The notes beneath the pieces are model-generated. The model had not been told where the DNA came from and ran no database searches. It saw only the letters and a list, made by a program, of their open reading frames with translations. From the NCBI GenBank assembly GCA_024276605.1, contig JAJRWX010000050.1:5695-69694 (forward strand): a stretch of 64,000 nt of DNA, in the 5' to 3' direction. The stretch comes from Planctomycetota bacterium. GTDB taxonomy: Bacteria > Planctomycetota > Phycisphaerae > UBA1845. Below, piece after piece: positions 19,166-28,711 of this stretch. Each line of letters begins with the position of its first letter. Positions within the stretch are counted from its first letter, which is position 1. Position numbers and translations under genes: made by a program.

Positions 19166-19445
19166 GTGGCCCATGTCCTTTCTTTTGGACATGGGGGAAT
19201 CGATGATAAACATACAGCGTCAAGATGACGTCACTACGTCTGGGTGCCCCATCCTTCGGGTACTCCCGAAGGGTGGGGAATGGATCTTGTTTCCGGCAAC
19301 GCAAGTGTCACTATCATAGCACGCAACATCCGTCCCCCACCCTTTGCCAGTAGGCAAAGGATGGGGCACCCATGCATAGCACGCAACATTCTCACCCATG
19401 CGATCATCGACTCCCCCACCTCGAAAACGAGATGGGCCACCCACT
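19166..19445 (+). repeat. Composite hairpin-repeat cluster: family-4 hairpin, family-1 double-hairpin element at 19243-19373, inverted family-4 hairpin
   Basis: CCCATGTCC/GGACATGGG hairpin at 19170-19195, 10 nt after the stop. CCCATCCTTCGGG-TACT-CCCGAAGGGTGGG and CCCCACCCTTTGCC-AGTA-GGCAAAGGATGGGG stems follow. Near-identical copies occur at 28378, 37519 and 38356. Confidence 0.75.
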
Positions 19446-19455
19446 ACCGTAGCTA

Positions 19456-19866
19456 TCACGCCTTCAATAACCATTCGACCACAGGTTGGGAGGGCACATC
19501 AAAGTCGTATTCGCGTAAGTGAGCTTTAGGTATCCAGCGTAAATGGTTATCCGTCGTTTCCTTGACCTCGCCACTAATCACGCCGCAAAAGAAATAACGA
19601 AGCTCGGTTGCCTGACCATCAATGTTTTCCATCAATGGCGGCTGACCAGCGACCACTTCAATGGTTAGCCCAAGCTGCTCTACAGCCATGCGGCGTATGG
19701 CTTGTTCCGGCGTTTCATGCTCATTAGCCAAGTCACGCGGAAATGTCCACAGGCCGGTCCCTTCCATCGCATCGCGACCGGCGCCAACGCGTTCAATGAG
19801 CATGTGATTATCCGAACGTTCAATTAACCCGGCCACACAGATCCTTCGAGATTGCCGATGACTCAT
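19456..19866 (-). CDS. NUDIX-family (MutT-like) protein with a degenerate Nudix box
   Basis: GLWTFPRDLANEHETPEQAIRRMAVEQLGL resembles GxWxFPGGxxExGETPEQAxxRELxEExG. The RE and EE positions are replaced by RM and EQ. Confidence 0.6.
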   Translation of the reverse strand: MSHRQSRRICVAGLIERSDNHMLIERVGAGRDAMEGTGLWTFPRDLANEHETPEQAIRRMAVEQLGLTIEVVAGQPPLMENIDGQATELRYFFCGVISGEVKETTDNHLRWIPKAHLREYDFDVPSQPVVEWLLKA

Positions 19867-19921
19867 ACACTACCCCATGTGCGCTTAGCGCTCACTCGTA
19901 CCTACCTACCCGATTGACAGT

Positions 19922-20671
19922 CTACGACGCGACAATCACAGGTGCCGCGGGCGAACGTAAGATAAGTGTTTGTGAACCAATCCCGAAAGCGAGCAGTCCG
20001 ACGGACAGCGCTACGCGAATCAGCCACCATTTACCCTGTTGTGGCGCATGGATAGGTCGAAGTAATCCGGGCACAACTTGCCGCGATATAACACCATTGG
20101 TTGATACCCAGCGAACATATCCAAGCATACCGCCCGGTGGATACGACTGCCGCAAAAACTGTCTCGCTTGCTCTGCTACGGATGCCCGATACGCTTCAAT
20201 GGTTTGATCTTTTAGCTTTAATCTTGGGTTTCGAGAAGCATGAGCGGCTACCCATACCGGCATACCCCTGGCTTCTATCTCCAGTGACAACAACCAACAA
20301 AACAAAACGACAATCGTAGTGCCCACCAGCAAAGGCCACGTACCATAGGGACGTGCCCGGTGTAAAACCCGGTGCATCACAGCACCAATCATTAAGCCAA
20401 AAAGCGGAAAGAAAAACAAGCCAAGAAAAAAGGGAAGCTGCGCCGCATTTGAAAGTAACCAACCCAAAGGTACTGATGCGAGCAACCCGGCCAAGGTAGC
20501 CACGATCAGATGCCATCGGTTTTCATGTGAAGTCGAATGATCTTCAGAAGGCATCCTTTCATCTTCAACTTGACTCCGGCCTGTCGGTTGTATCGGAGAC
20601 GCGATTTCTTGAACATTGTTTACAGGTGTAGAGGTTACATCCTGTTCATGATCTATGTTCGTCGAATTCAT
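19922..20671 (-). CDS. Hypothetical polytopic membrane protein, translationally coupled to crcB
   Basis: ATGA overlap with the crcB stop (20668-20671). The central and C-terminal regions contain several hydrophobic helices. Confidence 0.5.
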   Translation of the reverse strand: MNSTNIDHEQDVTSTPVNNVQEIASPIQPTGRSQVEDERMPSEDHSTSHENRWHLIVATLAGLLASVPLGWLLSNAAQLPFFLGLFFFPLFGLMIGAVMHRVLHRARPYGTWPLLVGTTIVVLFCWLLSLEIEARGMPVWVAAHASRNPRLKLKDQTIEAYRASVAEQARQFLRQSYPPGGMLGYVRWVSTNGVISRQVVPGLLRPIHAPQQGKWWLIRVALSVGLLAFGIGSQTLILRSPAAPVIVAS

Positions 20672-21036
20672 ATACTGATCCACCACTTCGCCAGGCGATA
20701 ACCAACCCCTGCAGCTACAACACACGTCACTACGCTACCGATGATGTTCAACATCGCCAAGTAGTAATCCCGCGACTCCACTAATTTGAGCGTATCTAAT
20801 GAAAATGTACTGAAAGTTGTAAACCCGCCGAGCAAGCCGACCAGAATAGCGGAGCGCACGCGCGGGTCCAGCGATGAACCTTCCAGATGTTCGCTTAGAA
20901 AACCTATGGCCAAGCAACCCACCACGTTGACCGTGAACGTACCTATGGGAAAAGCAACATCATGGCGTTGTACGAACGTAGCCATCGCGTGCCGGAGCAT
21001 ACTCCCCACCGCACCGCCGAACCCCACGTACATCAT
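20668..21036 (-). CDS. crcB: Fluoride ion channel CrcB
   Basis: MMYVGFGGAVGSMLRH...GTFTVNVVGCLAIGF...GLLGGFTTFSTFS matches CrcB family hallmarks. At ~122 aa the length is typical when the start is placed at 21036. Confidence 0.85.
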   Translation of the reverse strand: MMYVGFGGAVGSMLRHAMATFVQRHDVAFPIGTFTVNVVGCLAIGFLSEHLEGSSLDPRVRSAILVGLLGGFTTFSTFSLDTLKLVESRDYYLAMLNIIGSVVTCVVAAGVGYRLAKWWISI

Positions 21037-21148
21037 ATGTGTCAAAAGATCTCTCCTCCTAAACGTCACCCTGCGAACTTGGCAAACGTCACAGCCACCA
21101 TATCTTGACGCATTGATCTGTCCCATGCAACTAGGCTTAATTAGAACA

Positions 21149-21251
21149 AGCTCTATTTAACTGTAACATCCCGTAGCATGTTGTTCACGGAGGTTTTCGA
21201 TGTTTCCACGCTACACTTGATTGTTAAACGCGCTAGTCACAGTTTGGTTTG
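21149..21251 (+). promoter_or_regulatory. Conserved leader-like element, copy 2, with GGAGG plus mini-ORF MFPRYT (21200-21220)
   Basis: Aligns with 16705-16800. It has the same SD-to-ATG spacing of 6 nt. No plus-strand gene follows it. Confidence 0.3.
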
Positions 21252-21321
21252 TAGGAAATAACTACAAGTCGGCAAAACATGGAAATCGCAGGCTATTGTT
21301 TGGGTGCAAGACCAACTAGGC

Positions 21322-21503
21322 GGGCTTGAGTGGGGTGGCATGGACAAGCGTCGCGTTTAAGGGATCGCAGATGAAAAGAGGCGTAGGAGCGACGCTTGCC
21401 CGTGCTTTTCATCGGTTGCGCTCGCACGGGCAAACGCAGCGAGCAGCATCCATTGGACATTCGACAGCCCGATTCCGCGGCGTTTGTCCATGCCACCCTC
21501 ACG
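21322..21503 (+). repeat. MITE-like element (family 5, copy a) with ~27-bp terminal inverted repeats
   Basis: GAGTGGGGTGGCATGGACAAGCGTCGC (21328-21354) is nearly the reverse complement of GCGGCGTTTGTCCATGCCACCCTCACG (21477-21503). An internal GCCCGTGC/GCACGGGC hairpin is present. It is homologous to 24075-24222. Confidence 0.55.
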
Positions 21504-21523
21504 CCAATTTTGTCATGCATCCC

Positions 21524-23191
21524 CTATTGTTTGGGCTGATCGCCTTTGGTCGACTTAGCCTTTACGTTTTCACGGGGCTTAGTCGAAGTAGGTCTAGCCC
21601 GGCGGGAAGTCGTACCAGTTGCCGGCTTGATCATCGGTCGCCTGTCTTTGGATGGCGCTACGAATTCAACGACTAGCGTGATAAACTGTTGATCTATCGT
21701 TTTGGCATGAGATACCGACGCTTTCGCGGTTGGATGAACTTTATCGGCTAAAGCACGCCCTACGCTTTTATTTTTCTCTCGTTTACTAGCTACGTTTTGT
21801 CGCAAGGCTGCTTCGCGTCTTTCAACCAACGGGCTATGACTAACACCTGACTCATCCGCGTCTTTGCGGTTACTATCATTCGGCGATGTGGAAACTACAT
21901 GAGCATCGTCACGGCGTTTGCTTGGACTACGCTGTCCCGAGGCCTCACGTTCGGTCGAAAGTTTTTTTGACTGGGTATCATCACTACTTATGGTATCTGT
22001 AAATGTGAACACGTCCTCCGGTAGCCCTATAGCCTTGATGATTTCAGCGAGAATATCATCTTCGGATTCTTTGACTTCAACTGACTTTTTAGTTTTTTCG
22101 TCCACACGCACGGTTGGTTCCATCGCTTCGTTTCGGGAATCCCCGAGGACCGGGGTCGGTGTTTGCTGAAAATGCGTAAGGCTCGTTTGGGCTTGCGCCA
22201 GACCGCGAACGACCAATGGGCCGGCAGATAGTGTGACATCCTTGTCCCTTACTCCATCGACGGCTATATGGTCCAGCAGTGTTTGCATGTCATCAATGGG
22301 AATACGCACCAACATTTGACTTTGATTGTCGCCGCGAAAATTTTGTCCCGTCCGTCCTTCATAATAAAACGATTGACGGCGCAACTTTGTAGGCTTAGTC
22401 AATGTCGTCCGCGCGCCGGCATCCACCAACCCCTGCGAATCCAATTGCTTCTTGAATGCCTCTCGGACCTGTTCAAGTTGACTGACGTCGCGCATGACTA
22501 ATCGCAGACGAACAGGTTCATTCCTAAAAGCATGGGAGGGTAGAAAATCAAGTTTCTCGCCGGTAGCCAGACGCTGCTCAGTGTGGGCCTGATCGAGAAT
22601 AGCCGGTGTAGATGCGACCCCTGTTCGAGCCATCGGACGATCAGATGCAGACTTCTCAACCGCATTGGGGACTATTGTAGCTACCGAACCGGGAGCTTTG
22701 CGGCTTCTGCTGCGTGCCATTCGGGTCATGTCCGTCGATCGTTTAGCCGTCGATTTACGTGTTTCCAAGCCCTCGGCATGCGCCTCGTTTTCTTCCATGA
22801 CCATAGCCACTTGGTCGAGTTTCAAATCATGAGATTGACCGGTCGGACGCATATACCACCAACCGCCCGTGATCACGATGGCCAACGCCGCAGCCATAGA
22901 TAGCATGGCACGCCACGGTCGCCATGAACCGGTGGCTTGATACGGTGTCACATTCGCGTCACCGAGAAGGGCCTGCCGTTCGAGCAATCGAATAACATCC
23001 CCAGCCATCGCTTCCGGCGCACGTTGGCGAGGCAGTGACGCCGTCAACTCCCGCGTGCTTCGTAAATCAGCCAACAGCGCCCGTGCAGATTCATCCCGGG
23101 CTAACTCACGCTCGATATATTCACGCTCGCGGGCATTCACTTCCCCATCCAGGTAGGCGCTCAATAGTTGGGCTAGCTGTTCGTGACTCAT
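21524..23191 (-). CDS. Anti-sigma factor (zf-HC2-like N-terminus, one TM helix, long low-complexity periplasmic region)
   Basis: LSAYLDGEVNAREREYIERELARDESARALLADL is typical of ECF anti-sigma N-termini. TM helix AMLSMAAALAIVITGGWWY. The gene lies downstream of an ECF sigma gene. Confidence 0.65.
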   Translation of the reverse strand: MSHEQLAQLLSAYLDGEVNAREREYIERELARDESARALLADLRSTRELTASLPRQRAPEAMAGDVIRLLERQALLGDANVTPYQATGSWRPWRAMLSMAAALAIVITGGWWYMRPTGQSHDLKLDQVAMVMEENEAHAEGLETRKSTAKRSTDMTRMARSRSRKAPGSVATIVPNAVEKSASDRPMARTGVASTPAILDQAHTEQRLATGEKLDFLPSHAFRNEPVRLRLVMRDVSQLEQVREAFKKQLDSQGLVDAGARTTLTKPTKLRRQSFYYEGRTGQNFRGDNQSQMLVRIPIDDMQTLLDHIAVDGVRDKDVTLSAGPLVVRGLAQAQTSLTHFQQTPTPVLGDSRNEAMEPTVRVDEKTKKSVEVKESEDDILAEIIKAIGLPEDVFTFTDTISSDDTQSKKLSTEREASGQRSPSKRRDDAHVVSTSPNDSNRKDADESGVSHSPLVERREAALRQNVASKREKNKSVGRALADKVHPTAKASVSHAKTIDQQFITLVVEFVAPSKDRRPMIKPATGTTSRRARPTSTKPRENVKAKSTKGDQPKQ

Positions 23192-23286
23192 CGGTTATAG
23201 CATCCGTAGGTTTTGATGTTTCGCATTGTTGTAGAAATCTTTCGATCAAACCGGGTATTGATGGCTACATAAACATAGCGCTTGTT

Positions 23287-23937
23287 TTAGTCACCCTCCA
23301 GACGAGTCTCATCTCGCAACCAAGGTTTCAATGTTTCTCGCAAGGCCATACGCGCTCGATGAAGACGGGACTTGACCGTACCAATCGGCAGTTCAAGAAT
23401 GTCACTGATGGTCTGATAGTCCATATCCTCGACATCGCGCAATACAACGACAGCACGTTGATCGTCATCCAGCGCCTGCATCGCTTCGAGCAGTTGATGC
23501 TGCAAAGTTTGATCTCGCATCGCATCCGAAGCGTCGTCGGTGTAACGCATCAGACCCAACGCTTGTGATGAAGCCAAGTCCTGCGTCTCGTCCAATTCGA
23601 CCGTTCTTCGCACACGGCTCGATCGACGATCGGATAGCGCTAAATTGACGGCAATCCGAAATATCCATGTATAAAATCCGCTCTCCTGGCGGAAGGACGT
23701 GATACGCTGAAAGGCTTTGAGAAACGCTTCCTGTGTCAAGTCACGAGCATCTTCAGCGTTTCCCGCAATGCGCCAGACCGCGTTATACACACGATCCTGA
23801 TACTTCACGATTAGCGCACCAAAGGCTTCGGATTTCCCAGCTTTCGCGCCCTTGATCAGTTCGGCATCCTCCAACGGAACCGGTTCCATTGGCCGACTCT
23901 CAGCCACCCGATTCCAATCCTTTGGACGCTCTACCAC
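23287..23937 (-). CDS. ECF-subfamily RNA polymerase sigma-70 factor
   Basis: Region 2 (DLTQEAFLKAFQRITSFRQESGFYTWIFRIAVNLALS) and region 4 (YQTISDILELPIGTVKSRLHRAR). Start is uncertain: GTG 23937 or ATG 23889. Confidence 0.85.
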   Translation of the reverse strand: MVERPKDWNRVAESRPMEPVPLEDAELIKGAKAGKSEAFGALIVKYQDRVYNAVWRIAGNAEDARDLTQEAFLKAFQRITSFRQESGFYTWIFRIAVNLALSDRRSSRVRRTVELDETQDLASSQALGLMRYTDDASDAMRDQTLQHQLLEAMQALDDDQRAVVVLRDVEDMDYQTISDILELPIGTVKSRLHRARMALRETLKPWLRDETRLEGD

Positions 23938-24074
23938 CGCCTCAAGTTCCCAAGGGTTGTCATATTTACAACCATCCAGCGACTGATCAACTACTCCCGA
24001 TAACCTATCTTGCCGCTACGCGATACTATGGTCAATGAGCTGGTCCCCCCGAAAAGGCTGTATGACGGTTTGAG

Positions 24075-24222
24075 TGGGCTTGAGTGGGGTGGCATAGACA
24101 TGCGTCGCGGGCAAAGTGTCGCAGATTCTGAAAAGGCGTCTGTGGCGACGATGGCCTGCCTCGGCAGTAAAAATGGGGTGGAGCTACAACGCAGCGGGTT
24201 TCAGATTCCGCAGCCACCACTT
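24075..24222 (+). repeat. Family-5 repeat, copy b (diverged, right end truncated)
   Basis: GGGCTTGAGTGGGGTGGCATAGACATGCGTCGCG plus internal blocks TCGCAGAT, GAAAAGGCGT, ACGCAGCG and GATTCCGC are shared with 21322-21503 in the same orientation. Confidence 0.5.
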
Positions 24223-24241
24223 GTTATTCGCATCTGGTTCC

Positions 24242-25714
24242 TCAACCTTCCTCGCCGACAGCCTTATCATGCTCCAACTGCGACAGCCAATAGCACGCCA
24301 GTGGCGCGGGAATCTTCAGGATGTTCGTACCGCCGACGGCGTTATTGGCAGATTGCGATTTCGCCTGGATCGTGCAAGCCTCGAAATCGGCCATGTCGCG
24401 CGTGACGACGTAGGCGTGTGAGATGTGCTTCTGGTCGCACAGCATCCGAAGACCCTTGAGGTCGTCCATTCTGACGATGCTTCCGCTGTATTTGACCTCG
24501 AACGGGATCAGCTTGCCGCCGACCTCGGCCACGATGTCCACCTCATGGTCTTTCTTGCCCCGCCAGTAGGAGAAGCCGACGCTGATCTGGTAGTAGTGAC
24601 TAAACACATGCTTGAAGAACGCCGTCTCAACAGCCGCGCCCAAGCGCGTTCTGTCTTCAAGAAGCGCCTTGCCCTTAAGCAGTACACTTCCGGCGATGGC
24701 GGCGTCGGCCAGGTATATCTTGTATCGCGCACGAAGGATTTCCTTACCGTACCCGTATGGCGGCAGCTTGTAGATCAGGTGCGCTGCTTCTAGTAGAGCA
24801 AGGAAGTTGTTGACGGTCGGCTTCTTCAAGTCCAAGTTGTTGCATAGCTGCGGCATGTCGAGAATGCCGCCGTCGTGCAAGCACAGGTACAGGAAGGTCT
24901 TTTCGAGTTCCAGCACTCGGCGCACGCCGAACAGCGCCGTCATGTCGCGCTTGAGAACCTTGTCAACGATGTCTTCTCGGAGCAGGCGCTGTGCCGTCCC
25001 GATGTTCTCCACCTGTGCCGTCTGCGGAAACCCGCCGCGCAAAAGATACTCGTGGAAGTGCGCGACCAGAGGCCGGGCAGTTTCTCCTACGCGAATGCGG
25101 TCGGGTTGCGACCAGTCGAATACCTCGGTGAGTGACGAAACCGCCGGGAGCTTGGGCAGTTCAATCTTCTTGATTTGCAGATACTCGAAGAAGGACAGGG
25201 TTGGTAGTTTGATTGTGTGCCAGCGTCCGACACCAGACTCCAGTCCTTCCGTGTTGATCGGTATGGCCGAGCCGGTGACGGCGATACGCCGTTTCTTCTG
25301 GAAGTCGGTCTGGAGTTTGAGCCAAGTCGGCCACTCGCCCGTGTTCTGGATTTCATCGAGTAGCAGGTACTCCAACCCTTCGGGTGGTGGCTGTAGCTCG
25401 CGCCAGAGGTCTAGCACGCCTTCGAGCCCGATCAGCTTCATCAGCGGGTGGTCGAAGGTGACATAGAGAATTTGCTCAGGGCGGATGCCCGTGCAGAGCA
25501 ACTCCTCGATGGATTGAAGAAGCAGTGTCGTCTTGCCGACTTGCCTTGCCCCGCTGAGTTGGACGGCACGAGGAGCCGGGGGATCGGTCAGCCACTCCAT
25601 CAACTGCGGAAAGACCGCCCGCCGCCATGGTGGAAGATCTGGAACCTCCCCGCCATCCCACCAAGGGTTGTATTGGCGGAGAACCGCGAAAAGCTCATTC
25701 TTGGACACTATCAC
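24242..25714 (-). CDS. AAA-type ATPase of the AAA_14/DUF4143 family
   Basis: Walker A GARQVGKTTLL. N-terminal LRQYNPWW, and LLDEIQ as Walker B. The probable GTG start at 25714 is preceded by TATAAT. The ORF-track N-terminal extension looks spurious. Confidence 0.7.
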   Translation of the reverse strand: MIVSKNELFAVLRQYNPWWDGGEVPDLPPWRRAVFPQLMEWLTDPPAPRAVQLSGARQVGKTTLLLQSIEELLCTGIRPEQILYVTFDHPLMKLIGLEGVLDLWRELQPPPEGLEYLLLDEIQNTGEWPTWLKLQTDFQKKRRIAVTGSAIPINTEGLESGVGRWHTIKLPTLSFFEYLQIKKIELPKLPAVSSLTEVFDWSQPDRIRVGETARPLVAHFHEYLLRGGFPQTAQVENIGTAQRLLREDIVDKVLKRDMTALFGVRRVLELEKTFLYLCLHDGGILDMPQLCNNLDLKKPTVNNFLALLEAAHLIYKLPPYGYGKEILRARYKIYLADAAIAGSVLLKGKALLEDRTRLGAAVETAFFKHVFSHYYQISVGFSYWRGKKDHEVDIVAEVGGKLIPFEVKYSGSIVRMDDLKGLRMLCDQKHISHAYVVTRDMADFEACTIQAKSQSANNAVGGTNILKIPAPLACYWLSQLEHDKAVGEEG

Positions 25715-25835
25715 GGTTGAATTATACCACGAAAAGGAAAATAGGACAAGTATACTTAACCTAAACAAGAATAATAAGCAGATTCTGACGGAACCAAACC
25801 TGTTTCTGGCGTCCACCTGATAACTCAATGCTCGC

Positions 25836-25873
25836 TTGACATCGGGTCGATATATCCTATTATCCGGATATAT
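25836..25873 (+). promoter_or_regulatory. Sigma-70-like promoter (TTGACA-16 nt-TATTAT) overlapped by palindrome ATATATCC-N8-GGATATAT
   Basis: TTGACA at 25836-25841 and TATTAT at 25858-25863. Palindrome arms lie at 25850-25857 and 25866-25873, immediately upstream of the ArsR-methyltransferase gene. Confidence 0.45.
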
Positions 25874-25881
25874 GGAATTAC

Positions 25882-26874
25882 GTGATGGTGATGCACCTGA
25901 CTATTGAACCGGAAAATGTATTCAAAGCCATGGCCGATGGCACGCGGCAGCGAACCCTGACGGTGCTGGCGCGGCATGAGTTGAGCGTTTCGGAGTTGGT
26001 AGATATCCTTCGCCAGCCTCAATCCACCGTGTCGCGACACCTACGCGTGCTGCGCGAAGCCGGCTTGATTCAGGATCGACGTGAGGGCAACATGGTGCTG
26101 TACTCACTACCCCTATTACATAGCCCATCAACGGAGGGCGATGCAGGTTCGTTATCGGGCGATTTGCTAAATTGGGTGGCTCGTCAACCGATGGTTGAGC
26201 CACTGGCATCACGATTGGAATCCGTGCTACAGCGGCGTAAGGAATTGAGCGACAAATTCTTTGGGCGGGTAGGACATGAATGGGACGATTTGCGTGAGCA
26301 GAGCTTTGGAAGCCAGTTTCACCTTGAAGCGTTTCTAGCCCTGCTGCCCCGATCGTGGCGCGTGGCGGATGTAGGTACGGGTACGGGATCATTGCTACCT
26401 ACGTTGGCCCGTCACTTTCAGACCGTTGTGGGTATTGATCCCGTCGATGCGATGCTCGACATTGCACGGCGTCGCATAGACGAAGCGGGATGCAACAATG
26501 TTGAGCTTCATCGCGGTGATTTGTCTGCGCTGCCGTTACCTTCCCATGCGGTAGACTTAGTCGTTGCAGCGCTGGTCTTGCATCATGTGCCGTCGCCGCA
26601 AGATGCGATGACGCAGCTACACCGCATTGCCAAACATGCCGGTCGTGTGATGATTATTGAGCAAGGGCCGCACCTGGAACAGTCTTTTTACGATCGGATG
26701 CAAGACCATTGGTGGGGTTTTGAACGTGATTGGCTTTGTCAGCAATTACGTCAAGTTGGCTTTGTTGATGTCGACGCACACGCGTTGGTCACGGTCGATC
26801 GTGCCAAGGATGCACCGGAATTATATGTAATCACAGCGACGAAGCACGCGCTGCGTAAGATAGAACCAGAGTAA
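25882..26874 (+). CDS. sahR: ArsR-family HTH fused to a SAM-dependent methyltransferase-like domain (SahR-type regulator of the SAM cycle)
   Basis: LSVSELVDILRQPQSTVSRHLRVLREAGLI is an ArsR-type HTH. VADVGTGTGSLL is methyltransferase motif I. The gene lies 54 nt upstream of ahcY, the context described for SahR. Confidence 0.55.
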   Translation: MMVMHLTIEPENVFKAMADGTRQRTLTVLARHELSVSELVDILRQPQSTVSRHLRVLREAGLIQDRREGNMVLYSLPLLHSPSTEGDAGSLSGDLLNWVARQPMVEPLASRLESVLQRRKELSDKFFGRVGHEWDDLREQSFGSQFHLEAFLALLPRSWRVADVGTGTGSLLPTLARHFQTVVGIDPVDAMLDIARRRIDEAGCNNVELHRGDLSALPLPSHAVDLVVAALVLHHVPSPQDAMTQLHRIAKHAGRVMIIEQGPHLEQSFYDRMQDHWWGFERDWLCQQLRQVGFVDVDAHALVTVDRAKDAPELYVITATKHALRKIEPE

Positions 26875-26928
26875 AAACAGCGTATACGCATCAGAAGATG
26901 ATACGCGATAACCATGTAGGAGAAGACG

Positions 26929-28356
<1,428 letters not shown>

Positions 28357-28377
28357 TGCGCCGCATGCATAGAATAT

Positions 28378-28711
28378 GTGCCCCATCCTTCGGGTACTCC
28401 CGAAGGGTGGGGGACGGATCTTGCGTCGAAAGGCATCGCAAGTGACACTATTATGTCACGAAACGTCCTTCCCCCCACCCGCTGATCCGAGCCGGTAGCG
28501 CCAGCGCCCGGTGTTTTCGGATAGTCACGCGCTGCGCATGTTCTACGTGATTGCGGCGTGTATGGCGTTTTGAAGACACGGGTCGCTTGCGCTCGCCGCT
28601 CGGATTAGTGGGGGATATATCTTGTTTAGCATGGTATTACAAGTGTCACTACTATTGCTCATGGCATCCTTCCCCCATCCTTTGCCGGTAGGCAAAGGAT
28701 GGGGCACCCGC
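28378..28711 (+). repeat. Nested repeat cluster: family-1 5' part (28378-28480), family-2 element (28484-28612), family-1 3' part (28639-28711)
   Basis: The first hairpin and middle of family 1 are followed by a ~130-bp element homologous in inverted orientation to 38619-38757. The middle and second hairpin of family 1 then follow. Confidence 0.7.

Noticed and set aside
19220-19522. ORFs on both strands inside the repeat clusters, also at 28543-28758, 37469-37797 and 38302-39007. They have recurring peptides such as PHPSGTPEGWG and PLPVGKGWG.
   Set aside because: The apparent peptide conservation comes from translating the same hairpin DNA on both strands. The ORFs mirror each other, lack ribosome-binding sites and coincide exactly with the repeat boundaries.
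21037-21320. Fluoride (crcB-motif) riboswitch expected upstream of crcB.
   Set aside because: Reading the minus strand, I could not find the conserved GGNGAUGG...AAACNGC...CUGAUGA..CCUAC pattern. A weak resemblance (CCTCCGTGAACAAC) lacks the P1 and pseudoknot pairings, and the putative pairing does not covary in the second copy at 16705-16800.
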